A DNA stretch of 64,000 nt, from assembly GCA_039809985.1 (NCBI GenBank), contig JBDHWC010000001.1, positions 14,988 to 78,987 of the forward strand, read 5' to 3'. The first letter of the stretch is position 1. Every line of letters begins with the position of its first letter. The DNA comes from Thermomicrobiales bacterium. GTDB taxonomy: Bacteria; Chloroflexota; Chloroflexia; Thermomicrobiales; UBA6265. The notes beneath the pieces are model-generated. The model ran no database searches. It was not told the origin of the DNA and was given only the letters and a program-made list of their open reading frames with translations. A program made the position numbers and the translations under genes. Below are positions 1-9,824 of the stretch, piece by piece.

Positions 1-55
1 CGGCTGGTACCCTGACCCCCGACGCTCGCTAGCCTAGATCGGAACCTTCGTCGCA

Positions 56-2890
56 ATGTCCGAGGTCTTCGTTGCCGTCGATGTCGAGGCGACCGGCATG
101 GATCCGAGTCGCCACGAGATCATCGAGGTCGCGCTGGTCGCGTTCACCGCCGAGGCGGTCGTTGACGAGTTCCAGACACTGGTGCGGCCTCGCGGTCGCC
201 TCTCGCTCGACATCGCCACGCTGACCGGCATTGGTGCGGCGGAACTCGACGTCGCTCCGGAGTGGTCCGCTGTCGCGGGGCCCGTCAGGCGGTTCATCGC
301 AGGTCGACCCATCGTCGGCCAGTCACCGGACCTCGACTTGGCGATGCTGGCGGCGTCGGGGGTTGAGCACCGCGGGCTGGTCTACGACACGCACGAACTT
401 GCTGCCCTGCTCCTGCCCGACATTCCGGCGTACAACCTCGCATCCATCGCCGCCGCCCTCGGTGTCGAGGTGCCGGAGTCGCACCGCGCGCTGGCCGACG
501 CCGAGACCACGGCCGCGGTGTTCCGGGCATTGCTGGGACGGATCGCCGCCTACGACCGCGTGACCCGGGGCCAGATCGGCGCCTACGCGGCAATGGGCGG
601 CATGGGGGTGGCGAATCTCTTCTCGCGCGACGGTGCCGATCTCGCCGCGGCCGGGCCGCTCTTCGGATCAGGCGGCGGGGGGCAGCCGCTCGAAATGCGG
701 TTCCTGAGCCAGCGCGAACGGGTCGAACCCCTGCGACCGACCGGCGGCACCAGGGCGATCGCCGAATCCGATGTTCGCCAAGCGCTCGCCCCCAGCGGTC
801 CTTTGGCGACGGTGCTGCCGGGATACGAGGAGCGGGCTGAGCAGGCGCAGATGGCGGCGGCCGTGGCCCGCGCGTTCAATCGGGACCAGCACCTGGTCGT
901 CGAGGCGGGGACCGGGACGGGCAAGAGTCTGGCCTATTTGGTCCCGGCCGCGCTCCACGCGGTCGAGCGGGGCGAGCCGACGGTCATCTCGACCAACACG
1001 CTGGCGTTGCAAGAACAACTCATCCGCAAGGACGTGCCGGACCTCGTCGCCGCGCTGGGGGACGAGCTCGGGGACGACCTGCGGGTGAGCGTGCTGAAGG
1101 GGCGGTCGAACTACCTCTGTCTGCGGCGCTGGTTCTCGTGGGAACGGCAGCCGACGCTCGATCCGGCCGAGGCCCGCCTGAAGGCGAAGGTGCTGGCGTG
1201 GCTCGGCGGGACCGAGACTGGGGACCGCGCCGAGTTGCGGCTGGGGTCCGACGAGGAACTCGGCTGGCGACACGTCGGAGAGGACGAGGGCGCGTGCGTT
1301 CCGTCCCGCTGCGTCTTCCAGCAGCGGAACCAGTGCTTCCTCTACCGCGCCCGACGGCAGGCCGAGGCCTCCCACCTCGTGATCGTCAACCACGCGCTGC
1401 TGCTTTCGGACGTGATGGCCGGCAGCCGCGTCCTGCCGGACTACGACCGGCTGGTGATCGACGAGGCGCACCATCTGGAGGACCAGGCAACCACGCAGTT
1501 CGGGTTCGTGGTCGGGGAGCGCGACGTCGACGCCTACTTCGATGCGGTCGCGCGGCGAGACGGCCCGCTGGCCGGCGGCACGCTGGCGACGATGACCGCC
1601 TACCTCGATCGGCGGGCCACCAGCGCTGCGGCCAAGCGTCGGGCCGAGTCGGCGAAGGAACGACTGCGGGTTGCCACCGAGCAGGCGGAGTCCGGCCGAC
1701 TGGCGGCGAACCGCCTCTTCGCCCGGCTGCTGGCTCTGGCCGAGCGATCGACCACCGGCGGGTACGACCGGTCGGTGCGCCTGACCGACTCGGTGCGACG
1801 CGGGGACTGGTGGATCGACGTCGAACTGCTCTGGGAGCCGCTCAGGTCGCATCTGCACGAAACCGACGACCATGTGCGCTGGTTCCTGCAAGCCCTCGAA
1901 GCCCTCGAGCCGCCTGATGCCGTCGGCGACCCCGATCCGCAGTACGACGACCTCGCGGTCGAGCTCGGCATCGCGGCGCGGGCCGGGGCCGACTTGCAGA
2001 CGCGCCTGCGCGAAGTGATCGAAGCGCCGGAACCGGGGATGGTCTCGTGGGTCGAGCGATCGCCGCTCGGTGACCGGGCGACGCTCCACGCCGCGCCGCT
2101 GGATGTCGGCCCCGTTTTGCGGGACGACTTGTTCGGGCCGTTGCGAACGGCGGTGCTGACGTCGGCGACGATGACCACCGACGGCACCTTCGACTTCATC
2201 GAGGAGCGACTCGGGCTGGAACGGCCGGTCGAGCTGACCGTCCGTTCTCCATTCGACTACGCCGCTTCGACGTTGCTCTACCTCGCCGACGACATCGCGG
2301 AGCCGAGCGCCCCGGGGTACGCCCAGACCCTGCACGAAACCCTCATCGAGACGTGCGCCGCCTCCGGCGGCCGGGCTCTCGTCCTGTTCACGTCGCACTC
2401 CGCGTTGCAGTCGGCGGCGCGGGCGATTCGCGGCCCGCTGGAGGAGCGGGGCGTGGTCACCTTGGCGCAGCGGACCGACGGCAGCGCGCGCCAGCTGGTC
2501 GAGCGATTGCGACGGACGGACAACGTGGTGGTGCTGGGGACGGCGACGTTCTGGGAGGGCGTCGACATCGTGGGACCGGCCCTCAGCCTGCTGGTCATCA
2601 CCCGGCTGCCGTTCGCCGTGCCGAGCGACCCGGTCTTCGCGGCCCGCAGCGAGCTGTTCGACTCGCCCTTCGCGCAGTACGCCGTGCCGCAGGCGATCCT
2701 CAAGTTCAAGCAGGGCTTCGGGCGGCTGATCCGGAGTTCGCAGGACCGCGGAGTCTGCGCCGTGCTCGACCGACGGGTGCTCTCGAAGCGCTACGGCGCG
2801 TCGTTCGTGGAGTCGCTGCCCGACTGCACAGTCGAGGTCGGCAGCGTGCGCGACCTGCCGTGGGCGGCGGCGGGCTGGCTCGGTCAATAA
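56..2890 (+). CDS. dinG: DinG-family ATP-dependent DNA helicase with N-terminal DnaQ-like 3'-5' exonuclease domain
   Basis: 944-aa ORF. N-terminal DEDD exonuclease motifs (VAVDVEATG ... HRALADA). Helicase motif I AGTGTGKSLAYLVPA and DEAH box VIDEAHHLED. C-terminal helicase motifs TATFWEGVD and GFGRLIRS. Confidence 0.85.
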   Translation: MSEVFVAVDVEATGMDPSRHEIIEVALVAFTAEAVVDEFQTLVRPRGRLSLDIATLTGIGAAELDVAPEWSAVAGPVRRFIAGRPIVGQSPDLDLAMLAASGVEHRGLVYDTHELAALLLPDIPAYNLASIAAALGVEVPESHRALADAETTAAVFRALLGRIAAYDRVTRGQIGAYAAMGGMGVANLFSRDGADLAAAGPLFGSGGGGQPLEMRFLSQRERVEPLRPTGGTRAIAESDVRQALAPSGPLATVLPGYEERAEQAQMAAAVARAFNRDQHLVVEAGTGTGKSLAYLVPAALHAVERGEPTVISTNTLALQEQLIRKDVPDLVAALGDELGDDLRVSVLKGRSNYLCLRRWFSWERQPTLDPAEARLKAKVLAWLGGTETGDRAELRLGSDEELGWRHVGEDEGACVPSRCVFQQRNQCFLYRARRQAEASHLVIVNHALLLSDVMAGSRVLPDYDRLVIDEAHHLEDQATTQFGFVVGERDVDAYFDAVARRDGPLAGGTLATMTAYLDRRATSAAAKRRAESAKERLRVATEQAESGRLAANRLFARLLALAERSTTGGYDRSVRLTDSVRRGDWWIDVELLWEPLRSHLHETDDHVRWFLQALEALEPPDAVGDPDPQYDDLAVELGIAARAGADLQTRLREVIEAPEPGMVSWVERSPLGDRATLHAAPLDVGPVLRDDLFGPLRTAVLTSATMTTDGTFDFIEERLGLERPVELTVRSPFDYAASTLLYLADDIAEPSAPGYAQTLHETLIETCAASGGRALVLFTSHSALQSAARAIRGPLEERGVVTLAQRTDGSARQLVERLRRTDNVVVLGTATFWEGVDIVGPALSLLVITRLPFAVPSDPVFAARSELFDSPFAQYAVPQAILKFKQGFGRLIRSSQDRGVCAVLDRRVLSKRYGASFVESLPDCTVEVGSVRDLPWAAAGWLGQ

Positions 2891-2930
2891 TCCCGGAAGC
2901 ATCCGGGGTCGCGGTCGAGAGGAGGGCGAG

Positions 2931-3917
2931 ATGCACCAGGTGATGGGCCGGAACTTGGCGCTGGAGATCGTCCGGGTGACCGAGGCGGCGGCGTTGACCT
3001 CGGCCCGCTGGATGGGGCGCGGCGACAAGGAGGCCGCCGACCAGGCGGCGGTCGACGCGATGCGACTGGTGCTCGACACGATTGCGATGGACGGCGTGGT
3101 GGTGATCGGCGAAGGGGAGAAGGACGAAGCGCCGATGCTCTACGTCGGGGAGCGCGTGGGCTGCGCCGACGAGCCGAAGGTCGACATCGCGGTCGACCCG
3201 ATCGACGGCACCCGCCTCCTCTCGCAAGGTCAGCCGAACTCGATCTCGACGGTCGCGATCGCGGAGCGCGGGGCACTGTTCGAGTCCCCCTATGTGATGT
3301 ACATGGAGAAGATCGTCGTCGGCCAGGAGGCGGCCGGCGTGATCGACATCACCGCGCCGGTGGCCGACAACATCAAGGCGGTGGCGGCGGCGAAGAAGCG
3401 GAACGTGGACGACCTGAGCGTGGTGGTCCTCGACCGGCCCCGGCACGAGCGACTGATCCGCGAGATCCGCGAGGCGGGGGCGCGGATCAAGATGATCCCC
3501 GACGGGGACGTGGCCGGGGCCGTGATGGCCGCGACCCCCGGCACCGGCGTCGACATGCTCTTCGGCATCGGCGGCGCGCCGGAGGCGGTGGTGGCCGCCT
3601 GCGCGATCAAGAGCATCGGCGGCGACATGCAGTGCCGACTCTGGCCGCGGAACGACGACGAGCAAGCCCTCGTCCGGGAGCACGACATCGACATCAGTCG
3701 AGTTCTCAACTGCAACGACCTCGTGCGCAGCGACGACGTCTTCTTCGCGGCGACCGGGATCACCGACGGCGAACTGCTGCGGGGGGTGCATTACTTCGGC
3801 GACGGCGCGACGACGCAGTCGCTGGTGATGCGGTCGAAGAGCGGCACGGTGCGGAAGATCGACGCCGTGCACCGGCTCGACAAGCTGCGCCAGTACCATG
3901 CGGTGCCGTTCGACTGA
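2931..3917 (+). CDS. glpX: Class II fructose-1,6-bisphosphatase (GlpX)
   Basis: 328-aa ORF. GlpX-type N-terminus RNLALEIVRVTEAAAL and metal-site motif VDPIDGT. SD GAGGAGGG lies 5-13 nt upstream of the ATG. Confidence 0.9.
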   Translation: MHQVMGRNLALEIVRVTEAAALTSARWMGRGDKEAADQAAVDAMRLVLDTIAMDGVVVIGEGEKDEAPMLYVGERVGCADEPKVDIAVDPIDGTRLLSQGQPNSISTVAIAERGALFESPYVMYMEKIVVGQEAAGVIDITAPVADNIKAVAAAKKRNVDDLSVVVLDRPRHERLIREIREAGARIKMIPDGDVAGAVMAATPGTGVDMLFGIGGAPEAVVAACAIKSIGGDMQCRLWPRNDDEQALVREHDIDISRVLNCNDLVRSDDVFFAATGITDGELLRGVHYFGDGATTQSLVMRSKSGTVRKIDAVHRLDKLRQYHAVPFD

Positions 3918-3996
3918 GTGCGGCGCCGGCCGGCGATTCCCTGCGGGTGTCTTCCCAACTCGGTACGGTTGGCGTGCCGCCGAATGACGGTCGTGG

Positions 3997-4025
3997 TTGA
4001 CGGGAATTCAGGCCGGTGCTACGAT
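3997..4025 (+). promoter_or_regulatory. Sigma-70-type promoter candidate for rho (TTGACG-N17-TACGAT, TGc extended -10)
   Basis: TTGACG at 3997-4002, 17-nt spacer ending in TGC, TACGAT at 4020-4025. Sits ~275 nt upstream of the rho start. Confidence 0.5.
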
Positions 4026-4301
4026 GCCGGCACTTGAAGGGCATCCCAACCACTCCTCGCCCTTCTTTCCTTTGTCACTCTGCAGCGCGGCGAGGGTCTC
4101 GACGAGTCGTGCCCCATCACGGGTGTGAACGCTGGGCGACGACGTGCCCCGAGACCGAACCGGTCTGCCCGACGCTGCCAAGGTGGTTGATGTCCAGTCG
4201 GATCGCAGCTCCCCCCTGCCTCGCTCCACTCATGGCAACGAGCGACCGGTCGGCAGGGATGCGCCCACGCTCGCGCTCCGGTGACAGACGGAGGGACTCG
4301 G

Positions 4302-6203
4302 TTGTCCGTTGACGAAGCGGTGGAACAGCAAGCGCCCGAGACGCCAGTCGTGAAGCGGCCGGCAACGCGCCGGAGCCCGCGAGCCAAGAAAGCCGACGCG
4401 CCCACGGCCACCGCGGGCGATCCGGTCGCGTCGACCGGACCGGAGACGGCCGTGGCCGCGACGGCGCCGGCCGAGCCGGTCGTGGCCGAGGTTGCCACTG
4501 CGGAGCCGCCGGCCGCGCTTCCCGAGGTTCCGGAGTCGGTTCTGGCACTCGCGGAGCGAGTGACGGCACCGGCGAGCGCGGTTCCCTCCGCGCCGTCGGC
4601 TGAAGCGTCCGGGACGTCGGGCGCGCAGCCTGACCGTGCGGAGTCGGACGCCCGCACGAACGGGCACCCGGCGAACGGTGCGCGGACCGCTGAGGAACTG
4701 CGCGACGCCGAGGCGGTGATGGCCCAGCTGGAGAGGCCGGCGGAGTTCGGGCAGCGTTCCAGCCGCAACGACCGTCGGCATCGGCGCGACCGGAGCCGGA
4801 ACGACGGCGACCGGCCCGGGAACGGTCAGGAGCAGCGCTACGGGCCGCGTCCCGACGGGCGCGGCGGCCCACAGGGTCAGGATCGCCAACCGCGGCCTCA
4901 GCACCAGCAACCTTCACCGCGGGAGGTGCACCCGCAGAGGAGCGGGCCGCCGCACCTGACGATTACCGAGCTGCAGGCGAAGTCGCAGGAAGAGCTGTTC
5001 GAAATCGCGCGCGGGTTCGAGCTCACGGGCTACAGCCGCCTGCCGCGGCTCGAGCTCGAGATCAGGATCTTGCGGGCGCAGGTTGAGAAGGACGGCCAGC
5101 ACTTCGGCGACGGCGTCCTCGAGATCATCGAGGACGGGTTCGGCTTCCTGCGCGGACCACGATTCCTGCCGGGACCGGACGACATCTACGTCAGCCAGTC
5201 CCAGATTCGCCGGTTCGGGCTGCGGACGGGCGACCGGGTTTCGGGCCAAGTCCGGCCGCCGAAGGACAGCGAGAAGTTCTACAGCCTGATCCGGGTCGAG
5301 TGCGTTAACGGGATCGATCCCGAGACGGCTCGCCGCCGACCGTCGTTCGACACGCTGACCCCCATCTTCCCGCTGGAGCTGCTCGACCTCGAGACGCAGC
5401 CGAACATCCTCTCGACGCGCTTGCTGAACCTCGTCGCGCCGATCGGCAAGGGCCAGCGCGGACTGATCGTCTCGCCGCCGAAGGCGGGCAAGACGATGCT
5501 GCTGAAGTCGATCGCCAACGGCATCACGACGAACTGCCCGGACGTTCACCTGATGGTCTGCCTGATCGGCGAGCGGCCCGAGGAAGTGACCGACATGCGG
5601 CGGTCGATCGACGGGGAGGTGATCTCCTCCACGTTCGACGAGCCGGTCGAGGACCACACCAAGGTGGCCGAGATGGCGCTGGAGCGCGCCAAGCGGCTGG
5701 TCGAGGGCGGGCGCGACGTCGTGATCCTGCTCGACTCGATCACCCGGCTGGCGCGCGCCTACAACCTCGCGGTGCCGCCGAGCGGGCGGACGCTCTCCGG
5801 CGGCATCGACCCGGTCGCGCTGTACCCGCCGAAGCGGTTCTTCGGCGCGGCCCGGAACATCGAGGGGGGCGGCAGCCTGACGATCGTGTCGACCTGCCTG
5901 ATCGACACCGGCAGCCGAATGGACGACGTCATCTACGAGGAGTTCAAGGGCACCGGCAACATGGAGCTGCACCTCGACCGCAAGCTGGCCGAGCGTCGCA
6001 TCTACCCCTCGATCGACGTCCAGCGCTCCGGCACACGGCGCGAAGAACTGCTGCTCGACGAGTACTCCCTGAAACAGGTTTGGACGATGCGGAGGATGGT
6101 CTCGATGCTGGGTGGCAGCGAGGGCACCGAACTCCTCCTCAGCCGTCTCGCCAAGACGTCGACGAATGCCGAGTTCCTCGACACGTTGAACAAGGACGTC
6201 TGA
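4302..6203 (+). CDS. rho: Transcription termination factor Rho with ~217-aa low-complexity N-terminal extension
   Basis: Conserved core from [18 protein letters not shown], with [17 protein letters not shown] (RNA-binding domain) and Walker [12 protein letters not shown]. The in-frame ORF opens at GTG 4281. I prefer TTG 4302 because GGAGGG (4290-4295) lies 6 nt upstream. Confidence 0.9.
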   Translation: MSVDEAVEQQAPETPVVKRPATRRSPRAKKADAPTATAGDPVASTGPETAVAATAPAEPVVAEVATAEPPAALPEVPESVLALAERVTAPASAVPSAPSAEASGTSGAQPDRAESDARTNGHPANGARTAEELRDAEAVMAQLERPAEFGQRSSRNDRRHRRDRSRNDGDRPGNGQEQRYGPRPDGRGGPQGQDRQPRPQHQQPSPREVHPQRSGPPHLTITELQAKSQEELFEIARGFELTGYSRLPRLELEIRILRAQVEKDGQHFGDGVLEIIEDGFGFLRGPRFLPGPDDIYVSQSQIRRFGLRTGDRVSGQVRPPKDSEKFYSLIRVECVNGIDPETARRRPSFDTLTPIFPLELLDLETQPNILSTRLLNLVAPIGKGQRGLIVSPPKAGKTMLLKSIANGITTNCPDVHLMVCLIGERPEEVTDMRRSIDGEVISSTFDEPVEDHTKVAEMALERAKRLVEGGRDVVILLDSITRLARAYNLAVPPSGRTLSGGIDPVALYPPKRFFGAARNIEGGGSLTIVSTCLIDTGSRMDDVIYEEFKGTGNMELHLDRKLAERRIYPSIDVQRSGTRREELLLDEYSLKQVWTMRRMVSMLGGSEGTELLLSRLAKTSTNAEFLDTLNKDV

Positions 6204-6233
6204 TCGCGGAGACGGCCTGTTCGCAGTCCACGC

Positions 6234-6280
6234 AAGAAGCAAGCGCGGCGCGCCACATCGGCGTGCCGCGCTCGCTTCTT
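6234..6280. terminator. Long hairpin between convergent rho and the asparaginase-family gene (bidirectional terminator candidate)
   Basis: AAGAAGCAAGCGCGGC (6234-6249) pairs with GCCGCGCTCGCTTCTT (6265-6280) at 15/16 positions, and the loop can extend the stem. There is no clear U-tract on either strand. Confidence 0.5.
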
Positions 6281-6302
6281 GGTCCCACGGGGGGGTGCGC
6301 CG

Positions 6303-7244
6303 TCAGGAGGGTCGCGGCACGTAGCGACGCGGGGCCTCGGCGTAATCGGGCATCTCGTCGGTCTGAAACACGTAGGTCTTGCCGGCGACGATCGACGCGG
6401 CGGCGTGGCGGCCTTCGGCATCGACCGCGATCATGTTCACTTCGCTCCAGTAGCGGTCCTCGAGTCGGTGCAGGTCCTCGGCGGCGCTGGTCAGCGCCGC
6501 ATCGAGACTGGCACCGCAGCGCATCAGCGTGACGATGGTGTGCGCAGTGCAAAGCCGTTGCGCCATCTCGCCGCGACCCGTGCAGGCCGCCGCCCCGTAG
6601 CGGTTGTCGGCGTAGTTGCCCGCGCCGATGATCGGCGAGTCGCCCATCCGCCCGGGGTACTTCCAGGCCCAGCCGGAGGTGCTGACGCCGCAGGCGAGGT
6701 TGCCTCCGCCGTCCCGTGCGATGACGTTGACCGTGCCGTGAACATCCGCCTGCTGTTCGGCGAGTTGCGGGTCCTCCGTCATCGAGCGGACGAGGTCGCG
6801 GACGCGAACGTGGTAGGGGTCGGCGGTGGCGGTTCCGGCGTCGAAGCGCTCGCGCCAGATGCGCTCCGCCTCGGGCGTCAGCAGATCGGTCGCCGGCAGG
6901 CCGGACTCGTCGGCGAACCGGGCCGCGCCCGCCCCGGCGATCAGGACGTGCGGCAAGTCCTCCATCACCCGGCGGGCGAGGTCGATCGCATCCTGATGCC
7001 CTTGCAGCGCCCCGACGGAGCCGGCCGCCAAGGTGCGGCCGTCCATCAAGCTGGCGTCGAGTTCGACCTCTCCGAGCAGGTTCGGCAGGCCGCTGAAGCC
7101 GACCGAATGGTCGTCCGGGTTGGCTTCCACGTTCCGGATGGTGGCGACCACGGCATCGACCGCGCTGCCGCCGCCGCGCAAGACGCTCATGCCCGCGGCG
7201 AAGCCGACCGCGGCGTTCGCGCTGCCAACGAGGAGGAGTCCCAT
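6303..7244 (-). CDS. Ntn-hydrolase asparaginase family protein (isoaspartyl peptidase/L-asparaginase or glycosylasparaginase-like)
   Basis: 313-aa ORF. Autoprocessing-site region DVHGTVNVIARD and family motifs GRMGDSPIIGAGNYAD and CTGRGE. SD AGGAGA upstream. Confidence 0.8.
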   Translation of the reverse strand: MGLLLVGSANAAVGFAAGMSVLRGGGSAVDAVVATIRNVEANPDDHSVGFSGLPNLLGEVELDASLMDGRTLAAGSVGALQGHQDAIDLARRVMEDLPHVLIAGAGAARFADESGLPATDLLTPEAERIWRERFDAGTATADPYHVRVRDLVRSMTEDPQLAEQQADVHGTVNVIARDGGGNLACGVSTSGWAWKYPGRMGDSPIIGAGNYADNRYGAAACTGRGEMAQRLCTAHTIVTLMRCGASLDAALTSAAEDLHRLEDRYWSEVNMIAVDAEGRHAAASIVAGKTYVFQTDEMPDYAEAPRRYVPRPS

Positions 7245-7266
7245 CGAAGTCGTTCTCCTGTGCGAA

Positions 7267-8313
7267 CTAAGGGTGGCGGGCAGCCACGAGAGCGCGGCTC
7301 ACCTCGTCGGTTTGGAACGACGGCAGTTCGCGCTCACCGTCGTGGTCGACGAGGACGAACCCTTCCGGGATGACTTCGCCGATGCGAGCGACGGGGACGC
7401 CGATTTCGGCGCAGGCATCCATCACGCGCCGCTTGTCGGACGGCGCGCAGGCGATCAGCAGGCTGCCGGAGGCGAGCATCCCGAGGGGGTCAAGGCCGAG
7501 CGCTTCCGCGATGGCCCGCGTCTCCGGCAGGACCGGGACCGCGCCGCGGACGAGCCGCACGCCGTGACCCGACGCCGCGGCGATCTCGCGCACCGCCATC
7601 GCCAGCCCGCCCTCGGTCGGATCGTGCAGGGCATGCACGGCTCCGGTGGCGAGCACCGCCTGCGCCTCGGGCTGGATCGAGATGCCTGGGGAGGCGAGGA
7701 ACCCGGCCGCTCGGTCGACAACGTCGCTGCCGACCTCGGGGCGAAGTCGGTGGCCGAGCTCTCGGGCGAGGAGGGCCGACCCCTCGACCGAGATGCCCTT
7801 GGTCAGGAGCACGGCGTCGCCGAGACGGGCACCTCCGGGCGCAAGGAAGGTGGCGGGGTCGGCCTCGCCCAGGAGCATGCCGACGAGCACCGTGCGGTCG
7901 AGGCCGGCCATCACCTCGCTGTGGCCGCCGACGAGGGCGATGCCGCGTGCCCGGCAGGCTGCGGCGAGGTCCGCGAACTGCGCCTTGACCTCGGCCGCGC
8001 CGACGCCGTCGCGGAAGAGCGAAGTGGCGAGGAGCCAGCGCGGCGTCGCGCCGAGACAGGCGAGGTCGTTGGCGTTGACGTCGACCAAGTAGTCGGCTGC
8101 GCCGTGGCTGACGAAGGTGATCGGGTCGGACTTGGCGACGAGCAAGCGGTCGCCGAGTCGAATGACGGCGGCGTCCCGGCCGATGCCGGGCCCGACCACC
8201 ACCGAAGGGTCGCTCGGGACGAGCGCGCCGAGGAGACTTCCCAGCAGGTCGATCGGGAGCTTGCCGGTGGCGAGACGGTCGGCGGCAGGCTCGGCGGGGC
8301 TAGGCGAGGTCAA
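7267..8313 (-). CDS. AIR synthase-related (PurM/HypE-like) protein, function unknown
   Basis: PurM-superfamily N-terminal pattern GIGRDAAVIRL...VAKSDPITF...VNANDLACLGATP...GGHSEV. It lacks the HypE C-terminal PRIC. The ORF opens at GTG 8370. I prefer TTG 8313, preceded by GAGGAGA and overlapping the xseB stop by 14 nt. Confidence 0.65.
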   Translation of the reverse strand: MTSPSPAEPAADRLATGKLPIDLLGSLLGALVPSDPSVVVGPGIGRDAAVIRLGDRLLVAKSDPITFVSHGAADYLVDVNANDLACLGATPRWLLATSLFRDGVGAAEVKAQFADLAAACRARGIALVGGHSEVMAGLDRTVLVGMLLGEADPATFLAPGGARLGDAVLLTKGISVEGSALLARELGHRLRPEVGSDVVDRAAGFLASPGISIQPEAQAVLATGAVHALHDPTEGGLAMAVREIAAASGHGVRLVRGAVPVLPETRAIAEALGLDPLGMLASGSLLIACAPSDKRRVMDACAEIGVPVARIGEVIPEGFVLVDHDGERELPSFQTDEVSRALVAARHP

Positions 8314-8593
8314 GATCGTTCTCCTCGGTGACGCGGTACTCGGGGGTCGACTCCTCAATGCGGCGGACACGAAGCTCCGCCTCGGTCAGGAAGGTCTCGC
8401 AGCGCGCGGCGAGGCGCATGCCGGCCTCGTAGCAGGCGAGCGAGTCGGCGAGCGACAGGCGTCCGGCTTCCAGGCTGGCGACCGCGAGGTCGAGCGCGGC
8501 TAGGGTCTCCTCGAACGAGCCGTTGTCGGCGACGCGGTTCCAGTCTTCCAACGGCAGGGAGGCCCGGTCACGGGCGGCCTCGGCTCCGTTCAT
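8300..8593 (-). CDS. xseB: Exodeoxyribonuclease VII small subunit
   Basis: FEETLAALDLAVASLEAGRLSLADSLACYEAGMRLAARC is typical of XseB. The ATG at 8593 overlaps the xseA stop (ATGA). Confidence 0.85.
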   Translation of the reverse strand: MNGAEAARDRASLPLEDWNRVADNGSFEETLAALDLAVASLEAGRLSLADSLACYEAGMRLAARCETFLTEAELRVRRIEESTPEYRVTEENDLDLA

Positions 8594-9819
8594 GTCGCCA
8601 CGCTCACACGGGTGATCGACTCGACGCATCCGAAGATCGCCCCGTCGTGGAGGTCCGCGATGAACTCGCGACGAGGAGACGTGTCGTCGACGCCGGCAAT
8701 CGGCAGGCCTGATTCGGCGTCGGAGAGCACGGCGTAGCCGCGTCGCAGTACGCCCGCCGGCTCGAGGGCGGCGAGCAGGCTGATTCGGGCGGACAGCTGA
8801 TGCGCCGCAGTCATCACGACGGTGTCGGTCAGGCGGGAGGCGAGTTGGCGACGCGCCGCGACGTGGTCCGCGAGTCGTGTCAGCGATTGCTGCGGGCTCG
8901 ATCGTTCGAGTCGTCGCAGCACCACGCGGAACTCTGCGAGCTGGGCGCGGACGCCGGCGACCAAGAGGCGGTCAAGTTGGCGACGTTGCTCGGTGACCGC
9001 TGCCGCGAGTTCGATCCGGCTCGGCACCGCGAGTTCGGCGGCGGCCGACGGTGTCGGGGCGCGGAGATCGGCCGCGTGGTCGGCAAGGGTCAGGTCCGTC
9101 TCGTGGCCGATGCCCGTGACCACCGGGACGGAGGCGGCGAAGATGGCCCGGACGACACGCTCGTCGTTGAAGGCGGCGAGGTCCTCCGGCGCGCCGCCGC
9201 CCCGGGCGACGATGATCAGGTCGCAGCATCCCTCGTCGTCGAGGGCGTTGATGGCGGCGACGATCGAGGCCGGTGCGCGGTCGCCTTGCACGGTGCAAGG
9301 CGAGAGCACGAGCTCGGTCAGCGGAAACCGGCGGCCGACGACGTGCTGGATGTCGTGCCAGACCGCGCCGTCGGGAGAGGTGACGACGCCGATCACCTTC
9401 GGCATGGGTGGCAAAGGGCGCTTGCGGGAGACGTCGAACAACCCCTCGTTCTCGAGCTGCCGGGCGAGGCGGGCCAGCTCGAGCGCGGCGAGGCCGAGCC
9501 CGGCCGGCTGCACGAGGTCGACGATGATCTCGGTCGAGCCGCGCTGCGGGTAGAACGAGAGGCCGCCGTGGACGGCGACCTGCTGCCCGTTCTCCGGAAG
9601 GTGGACCTGGCGTGCGGCGTTGCCCCGGAAGAGGGCGCAGCGAAGCTGGCCGTCCCCGTCGCGCAGGGTGAAGTAGAGGTGGCCGCTCGCCGCGCGGCTG
9701 AGGCCGCTGACCTCGCCCTCGACCCACAGGTCGGACAGGAGCGGGTCGTTCTCGAGGATTTCGCGCAGGTAGGCGGCGAGGACGCCGACCGGCATGGCCG
9801 ACCCGACCGAGCTTGCCAC
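8590..9819 (-). CDS. xseA: Exodeoxyribonuclease VII large subunit
   Basis: 409-aa ORF. N-terminal OB-fold pattern DLWVEGEVSGLSRAASGHLYFTLRD and catalytic-region IIVARGGGAPEDL. Start is GTG 9819; the alternative is ATG 9795. Confidence 0.9.
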   Translation of the reverse strand: MASSVGSAMPVGVLAAYLREILENDPLLSDLWVEGEVSGLSRAASGHLYFTLRDGDGQLRCALFRGNAARQVHLPENGQQVAVHGGLSFYPQRGSTEIIVDLVQPAGLGLAALELARLARQLENEGLFDVSRKRPLPPMPKVIGVVTSPDGAVWHDIQHVVGRRFPLTELVLSPCTVQGDRAPASIVAAINALDDEGCCDLIIVARGGGAPEDLAAFNDERVVRAIFAASVPVVTGIGHETDLTLADHAADLRAPTPSAAAELAVPSRIELAAAVTEQRRQLDRLLVAGVRAQLAEFRVVLRRLERSSPQQSLTRLADHVAARRQLASRLTDTVVMTAAHQLSARISLLAALEPAGVLRRGYAVLSDAESGLPIAGVDDTSPRREFIADLHDGAIFGCVESITRVSVAT

Positions 9820-9824
9820 GGCGG

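Noticed and set aside
668-3079. 803-aa ORF on the - strand, antisense to dinG and glpX. Similar giant antisense ORFs include 2706-3899 (-), 25030-27327 (+), 27946-29625 (-), 29279-31060 (-), 32914-35319 (-), 37771-39852 (-), 54417-56123 (+) and 59750-60847 (-).
   Set aside because: All overlap genes with clear family motifs on the opposite strand. Their translations are Arg/Pro/Gly/Asp-rich low-complexity strings with no motifs. Stop-free antisense frames are expected in very GC-rich DNA.
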